From assembly GCA_963725245.1 (NCBI GenBank), contig CAVRYC010000006.1, positions 3,347 through 67,346 on the forward strand: a stretch of DNA of 64,000 nt, written 5' to 3'. The notes under the pieces are model-generated. The model had not been told where the DNA came from, did no database searches, and was given only the letters and a program-made list of their open reading frames with translations. Positions 22,366 through 31,580 of this stretch are shown here, in pieces (the stretch's first letter is position 1; the number at the start of each line of letters is the position of its first letter). The DNA comes from an uncultured Acidobacteriaceae bacterium (lineage in GTDB: Bacteria > Acidobacteriota > Terriglobia > Terriglobales > Acidobacteriaceae). Position numbers and translations under genes: made by a program.

Positions 22366-22659
22366 CTAGCGATGCAATCGCTTGCTAAGGAACAAGAAGC
22401 CGGCGCTGCAACCAAGGCCGAAGATGAGTAGTGGAATGCCGATCACCCAATATCGTCCGTAGATCGAAACAGGGTCCCAACCGACCGACCCGTCTGCGGG
22501 AATTCCTAGAACGTACCTGTCGTATATAGAGAGCGACACGAGCAGTAACGCCAGCGACAGCACAATCGTCAACACTCCAGTGGCAAGACTCCCGAAAAAC
22601 AGCAGTACCCAGCGCATAAGGCATTCTAAGCCTGAAAGCTGATCAACGAGTGTAATCAA
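22366..22659 (-). CDS. small hydrophobic membrane protein, hypothetical
   Basis: 97-aa ORF with three hydrophobic stretches (WVLLFFGSLATGVLTIVLSLALLLVSL, YWVIGIPLLIFGLGCSAGFLFL) in a lower-GC region. Start may be the internal Met at 22617. Confidence 0.4.
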   Translation of the reverse strand: MITLVDQLSGLECLMRWVLLFFGSLATGVLTIVLSLALLLVSLSIYDRYVLGIPADGSVGWDPVSIYGRYWVIGIPLLIFGLGCSAGFLFLSKRLHR

Positions 22660-23061
22660 CAGTTACCGATTCGGTTAAGTGCTCCGCCGGGAAGAAGAAG
22701 GCCGCAAGCCGCCATGAGTAGATTCATGCCCCTTGACAAGGGCTCTTTTAGGGCGCAATACTGCCAGCACGTTTCGGGCCTTTTCCTGATAGGCACTCTT
22801 TCTTTTCTGGGGTTCTGGGGCTCTGGCTTTCTAATCCGTAGCGAACCTTGCAGGCGCAAGTTCAGCAAGAAGTGCGTCACGAGGCGCACCGCTTTGCTTC
22901 GCGGGGTAGTCCGAGCGGAACCGCTGTGGGTATGTCTGCGCTGGCAACAACCGAGGCCGGTGTCGGCGCTCGCAGCAAGCTATAAGGAGAAGATTATGAA
23001 ATTCGCAAAACTGAGGTGCATCGGGTGCATCATGGCGCTGGCGAAATCCAAGGGGCAGATT

Positions 23062-23756
23062 ATGAAAGCGAGAGCGTTGGTGTTGTATACCATCGCTGTA
23101 TTCGTTGTGCTGTCGGTCTCGGCTGGCTCGGCGTTCGGGCAGTTCGAGCATGAGCAGAGGGTGCAGTTCGAAATCCCGTATGAGTTTACCATCGGTTCAA
23201 AGGTGCTACCAGCGGGGACGTATACTTTCTCAACGGACATGGAGAAGTCTTCGCTCCGAGTGCAATCGGGCACCAGCGTCCATTTCGCGCACATCATCTA
23301 TCGGCCCAGCGGGCCAGCCGTATTTTTCCGGGACGGCTCCCTTGTATTTGACAAGACGGATGGCGGCCGCATCCTCAGCGAAGTATGGATGCCCGAGACG
23401 GATGGATTAGTTTTGCACAGTATCCCGAAAAACCACAGGCGCGAGGTCTTATTGGGTATCAATCTAGACCCGACCCGCAAAGTCTCTGGAAGAGCAGCTT
23501 ACAATCTGACGTGCGGCAGATGTCATGGCCCGGACGGCAAGGGTGATGAGAGAGCGGACAAATTCTTCAATATCACAATTCCGAGGCTCAGCTCAGCAGA
23601 GGTGCAAGGCAAGTCGGACGAGGAGTTGAGAAAGCAAATCACTGAGGGCGGCCGCGTGATGCCTCCTGTCGAGATCGATGAATCCGGGTTCCGTCATCGT
23701 CTCCCGCCGCAAGCGTGGACGCCGTGATTGCTTACATGCGTACTCTGAAAAGGTAG
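23062..23756 (+). CDS. secreted protein with a C-terminal class I cytochrome c domain, 1 apparent frameshift near 23715
   Basis: RBS aggggcagattATG; signal peptide MKARALVLYTIAVFVVLSVSAGSAFG; heme motif CGRCHGPDGKG. After the frame change the C-terminus reads VDAVIAYMRTLKR. Confidence 0.7.
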
Positions 23757-24036
23757 TTTGACCTTGGAGTCGCTTTGATCTTTGGTCGTGGGTCCCGAGC
23801 AGTGTCCCGTAACTGCCGAATCACGTCACCCGCCCTGCTCAAATAGATCCGTAGCAAACGGAAAGCACGACGCTCGGTCTCGGGCGGCTCTTCTTCACCC
23901 CTGCCGGCGGTTACGCGTAACTGTCGTTAACAGGCGTTAGCGCTCACGACGAGGAGGGGCCCGATTCTGGTCGTGTCCCGGGCAAACCGGAGACCCACCC
24001 ACTAACTATCTAGGATGGGGAGTCGAAATCCCGGCC

Positions 24037-24673
24037 CTAGGCTGCCAGCCGGTCCTGCGGGGTGTTCAGGTTGAAAAAACTCTGCTCGGAAAAGCCGGCT
24101 GCCGCTAGTTCGTCCTCTTCGATCACCCGGACGGACACACTGGAAAATGCCGCATCGATCTTGTACTTCCCTGCCCGCAGAGCCTGCTCGGCGGCTACGG
24201 AAAAGTCGCGTCGATAGACGGCACAGAGTGGCTGGAATCCTTTGCTGGTGCGAGGCACGGTGACGATGGCATGGTTATCTTCGTCTTCGGCGGTCGCGAA
24301 AAGAAACGTCGAGCAGTTCCCGGGAGACGAAGGGCATGTCCACGGCGAGCATCAGGTTCAACTCGGCTGTTGAATGCACGAGCGCGGCGTGAATACCGGC
24401 GAGGGGACCGCATCCGGGAAAAATGTCGGCCACGACGGATCCATATTTCGCAGCGTCATATTTCGCGGCGTCATATTTCGAAGATCCGTACTCCGCAAAC
24501 TTGCCCGGGTCGCCGACGATCGTCACCTTGTCGCAGACCGCGCCCATCACGGTAAGCGCGCGATCCAAGAGTGTTTGCCCGCCAAAATCCAGAAAGGCTT
24601 TATCCGCACCCATGCGAGAACTCTTGCCTCCGGCGAGAAGAAAGCCCATGCGCAACAGCTCGGTTTGTGCCAT
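24037..24673 (-). CDS. mobA: molybdenum cofactor guanylyltransferase MobA, 1 apparent frameshift near 24290
   Basis: GFLLAGGKSSRMGADKAFL, GPLAGIHAAL, LAVDMPF. C-terminal part in ORF 24037-24258. Confidence 0.8.
24440..24484. repeat. 3 x 15-bp in-frame tandem repeat inside mobA
   Basis: tccatatttcgcagc gtcatatttcgcggc gtcatatttcgaaga. Encodes SSKYDAAKYDAAKYG on the minus strand. Confidence 0.85.
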
Positions 24674-24743
24674 ATGAAAAAGCATAAGGCCTAAACCGCG
24701 ATACACGAAAGTAACCTATTCAGAACGGCCAAGCCGTCGGAAG

Positions 24744-25310
24744 ATGAATGTGTCCAAGTACGGGGCACCACTCTTTATCATGTCGCAGAAACTCATGGAC
24801 GTTCTCATGTTGGGACACTGTTCGCACGAGTTTTCCTGGCCGCGCCGCGCGGCGAATGGAGAGTACTACCAAGTCTGCATGCTGTGCGCGACCACCTACC
24901 AGTATGACTGGAAGAGCATGCGTCGCGGAGGCCGGGTGGAAGCGACGGCGGAGACCGCCGCCGTCCGACAGCGATCCAGCCAAAAGCAACCGACCTGGAT
25001 GCCCCGGGCACGGCGCCTGCGAACGAACCTTCCGCTGCGCTACCGCGGGAAGAATCTCCATACCTGGTACGAAGGAATGATCCAGAACATCAGCCAGTCG
25101 GGGGTGCTGTTTCACGGCCCGCAGCAACTGCCGGCGAATGCGCTGGTGGAACTGATCTTCGAGATGCCCGAAGAAATCTCCGGCCAAAAGAATAGCAATG
25201 TACTTTGCCAGGGGAGGCTGATTCGCGTCAAGGACGCGGTTGACAATACCGAAGACGCTTTCGGGCTGGTGGCCTCCATCCTCGATTACAAGTTTCTCCA
25301 CCAGCAATGA
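24744..25310 (+). CDS. PilZ-like domain protein with an N-terminal Cys/His zinc-ribbon-like segment
   Basis: GHCSHEF..YQVCMLCATTY; then RARRLRTNLPLRY followed about 20 residues later by IQNISQSGVLF, which matches the (D/N)xSxxG motif. The RxxxR motif is non-canonical. Confidence 0.6.
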   Translation: MNVSKYGAPLFIMSQKLMDVLMLGHCSHEFSWPRRAANGEYYQVCMLCATTYQYDWKSMRRGGRVEATAETAAVRQRSSQKQPTWMPRARRLRTNLPLRYRGKNLHTWYEGMIQNISQSGVLFHGPQQLPANALVELIFEMPEEISGQKNSNVLCQGRLIRVKDAVDNTEDAFGLVASILDYKFLHQQ

Positions 25311-25358
25311 CCTGCGAACGGGGCCCGAAACGCGAGCGGCTTGCGCGGTCGGCATTTC

Positions 25359-25403
25359 TTTCCGATTCCCCTCTTTCCGATTCTCCTTTTTCCGATTATC
25401 CTG
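25359..25403. repeat. 3 x 15-bp tandem repeat
   Basis: tttccgattcccctc tttccgattctcctt tttccgattatcctg. Confidence 0.8.
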
Positions 25404-25539
25404 CCAACCGACATGCGTCGCGGCGGTTGCAGCGCGCCCCCGTCTGCTGCTAGAGTTTTCTCGGCACATCGAAAGCACTCTTGCCCACATGATCTAACCG
25501 CAGTGCGCCCGCTGGCTGGAGCCGACAGCTTTTTTAAAA

Positions 25540-26992
25540 ATGTCTGAACTTGGGGCTAATCTGAAGAATTGGATCGCGCGGAATCGATATTCGGCGCTGG
25601 TGCAATACTTGGGAGCCGCGCTTGCGCTGTGGGTGGCGCTCAGTTGCTGGACGCTTTCCGCCGCGCTGCACCGCCATCTCTTTGTACTTTTGCTGGCGGC
25701 GGTGCTTTTTACGGCTCGCTTCCTGGGCTTTGGTCCCGCGGTTTTCTGCTCGCTGGTTTCGACCGCTTGCCTGGATTTCTTCGCTCTTCCGCTACTTCGG
25801 CTTCCGCATAGGAACGAGCGCCGATCTGGAGCGGCTGGCGGCTTTCCTTGCCATTTCGATGTTCGCCGCGAGCATGGCTCGGCAGAAAACCTTGGCGGAA
25901 TTGCGCGCCGATCGCACGACCCGCGAGATGGCTGCGATCGTGGAATACTCCTGCGACGCAATTTACAGCTCCCGCCCTGATGGCACGATCACCAGTTGGA
26001 ATCGCGCCGCCGAACAGCTTTATGGCTACCCTGCCGAGGAGGCAATCGGGTTGCCGGTGGCGCGTTTAGCGCCGCCAGAGCGCCTCGACGAGGTGGATCG
26101 CAACCTCGCGCTCCTCAATGGCGGCGGGCGCGTGGCTTCCTATCGGACCGAGCGCATGCGGAAGGACGGCACACGCTGTCCGATACTGCTCTCGGTGTCG
26201 TCACTTCGAAACGCGCGCGGCAAAATCGTAGGAACGTCGGCCATCGCACGCGATCTTTCCGCCGAGAAGCAATCCGAAGAAGCCATGCGCCGCAGCGAAA
26301 AGCTGGCCACCGCAGGCCGGCTCGCCGCTTCGATTGCGCACGAGATCAACAATCCGCTCGAGGCCGTCGTCAACCTGCTTTACCTGGCGCGCCATGACTC
26401 CCGCCACGCCGTGGGGTATCTGACCCAGGCCGAGCAAGAGGTGGGCCGCGTGGCACGATTGGCCCAACAAACTTTGGGATTTGTCCGCGATGCCAGTTCT
26501 CCGGCTTCAATGGATCCTGCCGCCATCATGGACGAGATTCTGCACTTGTATTCCCGCAAACTGCGAAGGCCGGCATATCCGCGTAACGCGACGCTACCGC
26601 GGCTATTGCGCCGTCAATGGCTATGCGGACGAGTTGCGGCAGTTACTGGCGAATCTTCTGGTGAATGCGGTCGATGCGATGGCGGACGGAGGATCTCTGC
26701 AAGTCCGCGTGGCCACGGGCCGCGACTGGTCCAGCGGCAGGGACGGGAATCTGCATCACGGTGGCCGACAACGGCAGCGGGATTTCCCGCGACAAACTGC
26801 GCAAAGATCTTCGAACCTTTCTACACCACGAAAAAGGACACTGGGACCGGGCTCGGATTGTGGGTCTCGCGCGGCATTGTGCAGAAACACGGGGGATCGA
26901 TTCGGGTGCGGAGCCGGACTGACGGACGCGCGACCGGAACGGTGTTCGTCATCTTCTTGCCCCAGCAGCACGAAATCAGCCGGGCGGCATGA
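25540..26992 (+). CDS. sensor histidine kinase (membrane N-terminal domain, PAS, HisKA, HATPase), at least 3 apparent frameshifts
   Basis: PAS: IVEYSCDAIYSSRPDGTITSWNRAAEQLYGY. H-box: LAASIAHEINNPL. ATPase: ITVADNGSGI (alternative frame) and FEPFYTTKKDTGTGLGLWVSRGIVQKHGGSI. Confidence 0.8.
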
Positions 26993-27120
26993 GCAGCGCT
27001 TTCCTCATTGCTCACAATGACTTGCAGGCAGCAGAAGTACAGTGACCTTCGTACTTAGAAGGCCCCCGCCGCAGCGGCTTATAATCATTTAAATCCAAGC
27101 AGACTGGGCACTTAGCCCGT

Positions 27121-28086
27121 GTGGAACCTTGTCACGTGGAACCTTTTCTTGCAGCTGCGATCTTCGCCTTTGGGCTGTGCTTTGGCAGCTTCCTGAACGT
27201 GTGTATCTACAGGTTGCCGCGTGGCAAGTCGGTGGTAACGCCGCGCTCCGCGTGTCCGCATTGCGGAGACTTGATTCCTCTCTACCACAACGTGCCCGTA
27301 CTGAGCTGGCTGATTCTTCGCGGAAAGTGCCGCTCGTGCAAGCGGCCCATATCCCCGCGCTACCTGCTGATCGAACTGCTCACGGGCTTGCTCTTTCTCG
27401 GCTGTTACACGCATCTTGGCTTGACTCTCGGGATGCTGAAATGCGCCGTGCTCGGCTACCTGCTGCTGGGCCTGATCTTCACCGATGCGGAAACCAAGCT
27501 TCTTCCCGACGCGCTGACTCTGCCCGGGCTGGCTCTGGGAATTTTGTTCAGCCTGGTGGTTCCGGTAAATGACCTGGCTTCGCGAATCATGCCTGGCATG
27601 GTATCGCCAGCGATGAGAAGCGAGATTTCGTGGCGCATGTGGTCCTTGTCAGACTCATTGCTGGGAGCGGCGGTCGGCGCCTCGTTTCTCTACGGCGCGG
27701 CGGCGATTTACCTGCGCGCCCGTGGGGTCGAAGGGATGGGATTCGGCGACGTCAAGCTGATGGCGTTGATCGGCGCCTTCCTCGGAACCAAGCTCACGGT
27801 CTTAACCATTTTTGCGGCGTCGCTGGCGGGTTCGATATTTGGACTGAGCATGGTGCTCGCCGTCTGGATGAAGCGGACTCGCCGCTTTGAGGCGCGCGGC
27901 ATTTCTTCGCGTTCTGTGGATTTCTTCTGGCATTTCCTCAAAGAGGCTCGGCGGCGCGCCTGGCAATCGGCGCGCCTGGTGCTCCGCTTTTACGAGATGC
28001 CGTTTGGCGTGTTTCTCGGCAGCATGGCGATTTTGTCGTTCCTCTTTGGAAACCGGCTCCTGCAGTGGTATTGGAGGGCGCTGTGA
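27121..28086 (+). CDS. pilD: prepilin peptidase / N-methyltransferase (A24 family, PilD)
   Basis: Intact ORF. FGSFLNVCIYRLP, CPHCG..LRGKCRSC, GFGDVKLMALIGAFLG. Confidence 0.85.
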   Translation: MEPCHVEPFLAAAIFAFGLCFGSFLNVCIYRLPRGKSVVTPRSACPHCGDLIPLYHNVPVLSWLILRGKCRSCKRPISPRYLLIELLTGLLFLGCYTHLGLTLGMLKCAVLGYLLLGLIFTDAETKLLPDALTLPGLALGILFSLVVPVNDLASRIMPGMVSPAMRSEISWRMWSLSDSLLGAAVGASFLYGAAAIYLRARGVEGMGFGDVKLMALIGAFLGTKLTVLTIFAASLAGSIFGLSMVLAVWMKRTRRFEARGISSRSVDFFWHFLKEARRRAWQSARLVLRFYEMPFGVFLGSMAILSFLFGNRLLQWYWRAL

Positions 28087-28976
28087 GGCTGCTGGCGAAT
28101 CCGCTGGTGAATCCCATGATACTGCGCATGGTCCTGCTTCTCGTCGCAGCCATCGCAGCTTTCGGGTTGGGCTTATTCCTGATCCGGCGCCTGCGGAAGA
28201 ATCTCTCCCAGGAATCCGAAGCGCTGAATCATGCTCCGTTGGCGGCGGAGGGGTTGCCCGTGCACGCTTATCACGCCGTCATTCAGCAACTGAAGCAGCA
28301 GAAACATGAGCTCACCACCCGGCAACTCTCGGAGCGCAGAAAAGCCAAAGCCTCCGACACGCTGAGCTCGACCATACTCTCGAACCTTTCCTGCGGCGTT
28401 CTGTTTTTGAATACCAGCGGTCTAGTGCGGCAAGCGAACTCGGCGGCGCGCCAGCTGTTGGGATTCGCCTCGCCGGTGGGACTTCATGCCGACGATCTTT
28501 TCCGCACGGCAACGTTGCGCCCGGAAAACAATTGCCCGGTAAAGAATGGATCATCTTCAGAAGCGACCGTCGAGCAAGCTCTTGCCCCCGCTCTGGCGGG
28601 GAAGTCGGCAATTCGAGGGTTGGTGTTGAATTATTTCACAAGGGATGGAGAGAGCCGCGTACTCGAAGTGGCTGCTTCTCCGGTTCTGGCCGAAGATGCC
28701 AGTCTCATGGGCACGACTCTTGTGCTGACGGACAAAACCGACATCGAGCGCATCCGCCACGATCAAAAGGTGCATCAGGAAATCTCTTCGGAACTGGCGC
28801 TCGGACTGCGCCATTCCCTGACGACGATTGCGGGATACGCGCAGCAACTGGCGTGCAGCCGGGATGCGGAACTGGCGCGCCATTTGGCGGATGGCATCGC
28901 CCACGAAGCGGCGCAATTGGACCGGACCATTGGCAGCTTCCTGGGAGGCGTCGGGGTTGTATCCACGAGTTTTTGA
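28083..28976 (+). CDS. membrane PAS-like / HisKA (DHp)-only protein lacking an ATPase domain
   Basis: GTG at 28083 overlaps the pilD stop (GTGA). One TM segment (MILRMVLLLVAAIAAFGLGLFLI). H-box-like ELALGLRHSLTTIAGYAQQL. The ORF ends about 40 aa later and is followed by a hairpin (gcaagccgcgat..atcgcgggcttgc). Confidence 0.55.
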   Translation: MRLLANPLVNPMILRMVLLLVAAIAAFGLGLFLIRRLRKNLSQESEALNHAPLAAEGLPVHAYHAVIQQLKQQKHELTTRQLSERRKAKASDTLSSTILSNLSCGVLFLNTSGLVRQANSAARQLLGFASPVGLHADDLFRTATLRPENNCPVKNGSSSEATVEQALAPALAGKSAIRGLVLNYFTRDGESRVLEVAASPVLAEDASLMGTTLVLTDKTDIERIRHDQKVHQEISSELALGLRHSLTTIAGYAQQLACSRDAELARHLADGIAHEAAQLDRTIGSFLGGVGVVSTSF

Positions 28977-29030
28977 TATTAGCGAGGGCAAGCCGCGATC
29001 ACAATCGCGGGCTTGCGAAAGGATGATGAC

Positions 29031-29621
29031 ATGAAGCACACAAAACTTATGGCAATCGTTACTCTGCTCCTGCTCGGGGCCAGCGCTGCAGCCGCTCAGT
29101 CACTGGGGGATTACGCGCGTGCGGTTCGCAAGAACAAAGCCGAGACGAGTTCGACCGCCCGCCACTACGATAACGACAATCTGCCTACCAACGAAACTCT
29201 TAGCGTGGTCGGGCCGCCGCCGGGGGCCGATGCCAACGCAGGGCAGAAAGCGGCTGCCGTCGATCGCTCTGCAGCGGCGGGCACCGAACGCCAGAAGTCG
29301 GCGGAGGAGTGGAACGACAAAATCGACAAACAGAAAGCAAAAATCGATTCCCTGAATCACGAGGTCGACCTCGACCAGCGCGAACTTCATCTGCGCGTGG
29401 CCGCACAGTATAGCGATTCGAGCGCCGCCGCCCTCGCCATCCGCGAGGCACAGTACAGGACCGACATCGACGCCAAGCAGAAAGCGCTTGATGCCGCCCG
29501 GCAGCAACTCGACGAGATGCAGGAGCAGGCGCGCAAGGCCGGGGTGTTGCAGAGAATGCAATGGGCAAAGACAACAATAAAACAGCGGCAAGGACAACAA
29601 CAAGTAAAGATCGGCGATTAG
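29031..29621 (+). CDS. secreted coiled-coil hypothetical protein
   Basis: RBS aaaggatgatgacATG; signal peptide MKHTKLMAIVTLLLLGASAAAAQ; charged, Gln/Lys-rich remainder. Confidence 0.6.
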   Translation: MKHTKLMAIVTLLLLGASAAAAQSLGDYARAVRKNKAETSSTARHYDNDNLPTNETLSVVGPPPGADANAGQKAAAVDRSAAAGTERQKSAEEWNDKIDKQKAKIDSLNHEVDLDQRELHLRVAAQYSDSSAAALAIREAQYRTDIDAKQKALDAARQQLDEMQEQARKAGVLQRMQWAKTTIKQRQGQQQVKIGD

Positions 29622-29642
29622 ACGTCTTCCCTGCCCTGGGGA

Positions 29643-30144
29643 TCAGGATTTTCCCATGCGCTCCCGAATCTGGCGCGCGTGATGCCGCCCATGGACCCAG
29701 TGGAACTTGCGCCACTCGCTGGCCGTCAACGGTCCCAGGAACAGGTGGTCCATGATTTTCGTGCGGGCGCCGAACCGGCGCTCGCAAGCGTCCAGGCCCG
29801 AGCCCATCTTCTGCAGCTCAGGCGCGATGGCTTGCGTACCTCTTCCGGCGGCAGTCCTCGCGGCGTAACACGTTCCGGGGCCTTGCGGCCTCCGGGGAGA
29901 TACCCCAGATTCACGACCAGCTGCGCAGCCAGGCGATGCTTCAGCGTGCCGCGCGTAGCCAACGGAGCACCCTGTTCCAGGCATTTTGCCAATCCGCGGT
30001 TGGTGTTCTGGAAGGTGAGCAAAAGATGCTCTAGTATTTGCGCCGCATTCCACTTTCCGGCAGGAGCATGCGCCAAGCCGCGGTGGTGGCACCGCCCGTT
30101 GCATCTTCGAGTTCCTGCCGCAAACGTTCGAGATAGGAATCCAT
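29643..30144 (-). CDS. DinB-superfamily (DUF1569-like) protein, 2 apparent frameshifts
   Basis: MDSYLERLRQELEDA (own translation from 30144), WNAAQILEHLLLTF, and C-terminus LTASEWRKFHWVHGRHHARQI. Confidence 0.6.
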
Positions 30145-30232
30145 GGCACCGATTCAGTACAATGAGTCGCGAAACGACACGTCGCGAAACCAAGGCCAAA
30201 CTACTACGGAAAGCCCGACCAGGAAATCGTCG

Positions 30233-30925
30233 ATGAAAAAACCAATCGTCGTGGTGGCAGTTGCAGTTGCCATTCTAGCAGCAGGGTTGATGTCCGGGTG
30301 CTCTTCGGAGCCGAGCAAGCCGGCAACGGCGGAGAAGCCTCAACCGAAGGCGCCGGAGGCAATCACCGGAAGCAGCGCGTTCTATAAGTGCTACATCTCC
30401 GCCCGCGGCTGGGCGCAGGATGCTCAACCGTATCGGGTGGAGTCGCAACCTGCCACGGACTCCAAGGGCCGCGACGGCAAGGCGGGAGAGTGGCGTGCCG
30501 GATTCGCCTCGCCATCGCAGCGCGCGACCAGACCCTATACCTGGGCAAACGGCGATATTTCTCATGGCGTCGAGGACACCTACAGCCCGACGAATTCCAG
30601 CACCCAGGTCTCAATGTCCAGTTTCTCAAAGTGGATACGGACAAGGCCTTTGCCGTCGCCCAGCAGCATGGCGGAGAAAAATTGCTGGAGAAAGAACCCG
30701 ACACGCCAGTTCTTTTACGGACAAGGCCTTTGCCGTCGCCTAGTAGCACTGCGGAGAAAAGTTGCTGGAGAAAGAACCCGACACGCCGGTTTGTATGTGC
30801 TGGACTGGAACCGGCAGACGAACGAACTCCTATGGCACGTAATCTATGGAACGGACCGCGATACCGCCAAGCTGCGGGTGGCGGTGAACGCATCGACCGG
30901 GGAGTTTTCGCGGGTGGAGAAGTAA
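30233..30925 (+). CDS. lipoprotein with a PepSY-like C-terminal domain, disrupted by an 80-bp tandem duplication plus a frameshift
   Basis: Lipobox AAGLMSGCSS. In the alternative frame: VDTDKAFAVAQQHGGEKLLEKEPDTPV. Then YVLDWNRQTNELLWHVIYG..VNASTGEF. Confidence 0.6.
   Translation: MKKPIVVVAVAVAILAAGLMSGCSSEPSKPATAEKPQPKAPEAITGSSAFYKCYISARGWAQDAQPYRVESQPATDSKGRDGKAGEWRAGFASPSQRATRPYTWANGDISHGVEDTYSPTNSSTQVSMSSFSKWIRTRPLPSPSSMAEKNCWRKNPTRQFFYGQGLCRRLVALRRKVAGERTRHAGLYVLDWNRQTNELLWHVIYGTDRDTAKLRVAVNASTGEFSRVEK
30637..30796. repeat. diverged 80-bp tandem duplication inside the lipoprotein gene
   Basis: Copy 1 at 30637-30716 and copy 2 at 30717-30796, both starting acggacaaggcctttgccgtcgcc. Copy 2 carries tag tag where copy 1 has cag cag, plus several other substitutions. 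Confidence 0.85.
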
Positions 30926-30926
30926 G

Positions 30927-31016
30927 TTGCTTCGGGCTACGAGCTTCGAGCTTCGGGCTGCAAGCAAACAGGAACCGATGCTCGAAGCTCGCGGCTCGTA
31001 GCTCGTAGCGAAGTGG
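30927..31016. repeat. inverted array of GCT(A/T)CGA heptamers
   Basis: gttgcttcgggctacgagcttcgagcttcgggctgcaagc .. gctcgaagctcgcggctcgtagctcgtagcgaag. Confidence 0.85.
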
Positions 31017-31029
31017 TCGCCTGGAACTG

Positions 31030-31554
31030 TTAGCCGGCAATCTGGTACTCGCTCTTAACCAAGCCGCTCGGATAGTGGTGCGTAGCTACGTGATGCAGCC
31101 GCACATCGCGCGGCAAGGCGCCGAAGAGAGGAATTCCGTCTCCAATGAGCACAGGCACACGAGTGATAACGAGACGTTGAACCAGGCCTGCGCGCAGGAA
31201 TCCTTGAATCGTGATCCCTCCGTCGATATAGACGTGGCGGGCGCCACTGGCAGCAAGTTTCGAAACGATCTCAGCCGGAGGCCCAGCCATCTGTTCCAGA
31301 ACGCCTCCGCGCACCGCGGAGAAGTCGAGGGGCCGGCTGCTCAGCACAACCACGCGCCTGTCACCGTACGGCCAGGTCTCAAAGGTCAGAACCGTTTCGA
31401 AGGTCTTGCGACCTATCACCAGCGTATCGACGCTTGCTATGAACTCGCCATAGCCGTGGGGTTCGCCGCCGCCCTCCGGCAGAAAGTCGAGATCGCCATT
31501 CGGCCGCGCGATGAAGCCGTCGACGCTGGTCCCGATAAAGACAGATACCTTCAT
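31030..31554 (-). CDS. dihydrofolate reductase family protein (RibD C-terminal domain type)
   Basis: Intact 174-aa ORF. MKVSVFIGTSVDGFIARPNGDLDFL, TLVIGRKTFE, VYIDGGITIQGFL. Confidence 0.75.
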   Translation of the reverse strand: MKVSVFIGTSVDGFIARPNGDLDFLPEGGGEPHGYGEFIASVDTLVIGRKTFETVLTFETWPYGDRRVVVLSSRPLDFSAVRGGVLEQMAGPPAEIVSKLAASGARHVYIDGGITIQGFLRAGLVQRLVITRVPVLIGDGIPLFGALPRDVRLHHVATHHYPSGLVKSEYQIAG

Positions 31555-31580
31555 AGTGGGCTCCTCACCTGTGGGAGTAA

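Noticed and set aside
22714-23061. The 5' extension of ORF 22714-23727 (MSRFMPLDKGSF..) as part of the cytochrome c fusion protein.
   Set aside because: The extension has no signal peptide and a poor, Arg/Cys-rich composition. A good RBS plus a classical signal peptide begin at 23062, so the shorter start is preferred.
23950-24040. tRNA- or tmRNA-like stretch (ggggcccgattctgg..ggatggggagtcgaaatcccggccc) just downstream of mobA. GGGGCCCGATTCTGG resembles a tmRNA 5' end, and GGGAGTCGAAATCCC resembles a T-arm.
   Set aside because: I could not fold a 7-bp acceptor stem, D-arm or anticodon arm on either strand. The T-loop has G at the position that should be T. There is no CCA-proximal pairing and no tag-reading-frame context. 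It may still be an attachment-site remnant, but I cannot support an RNA gene.
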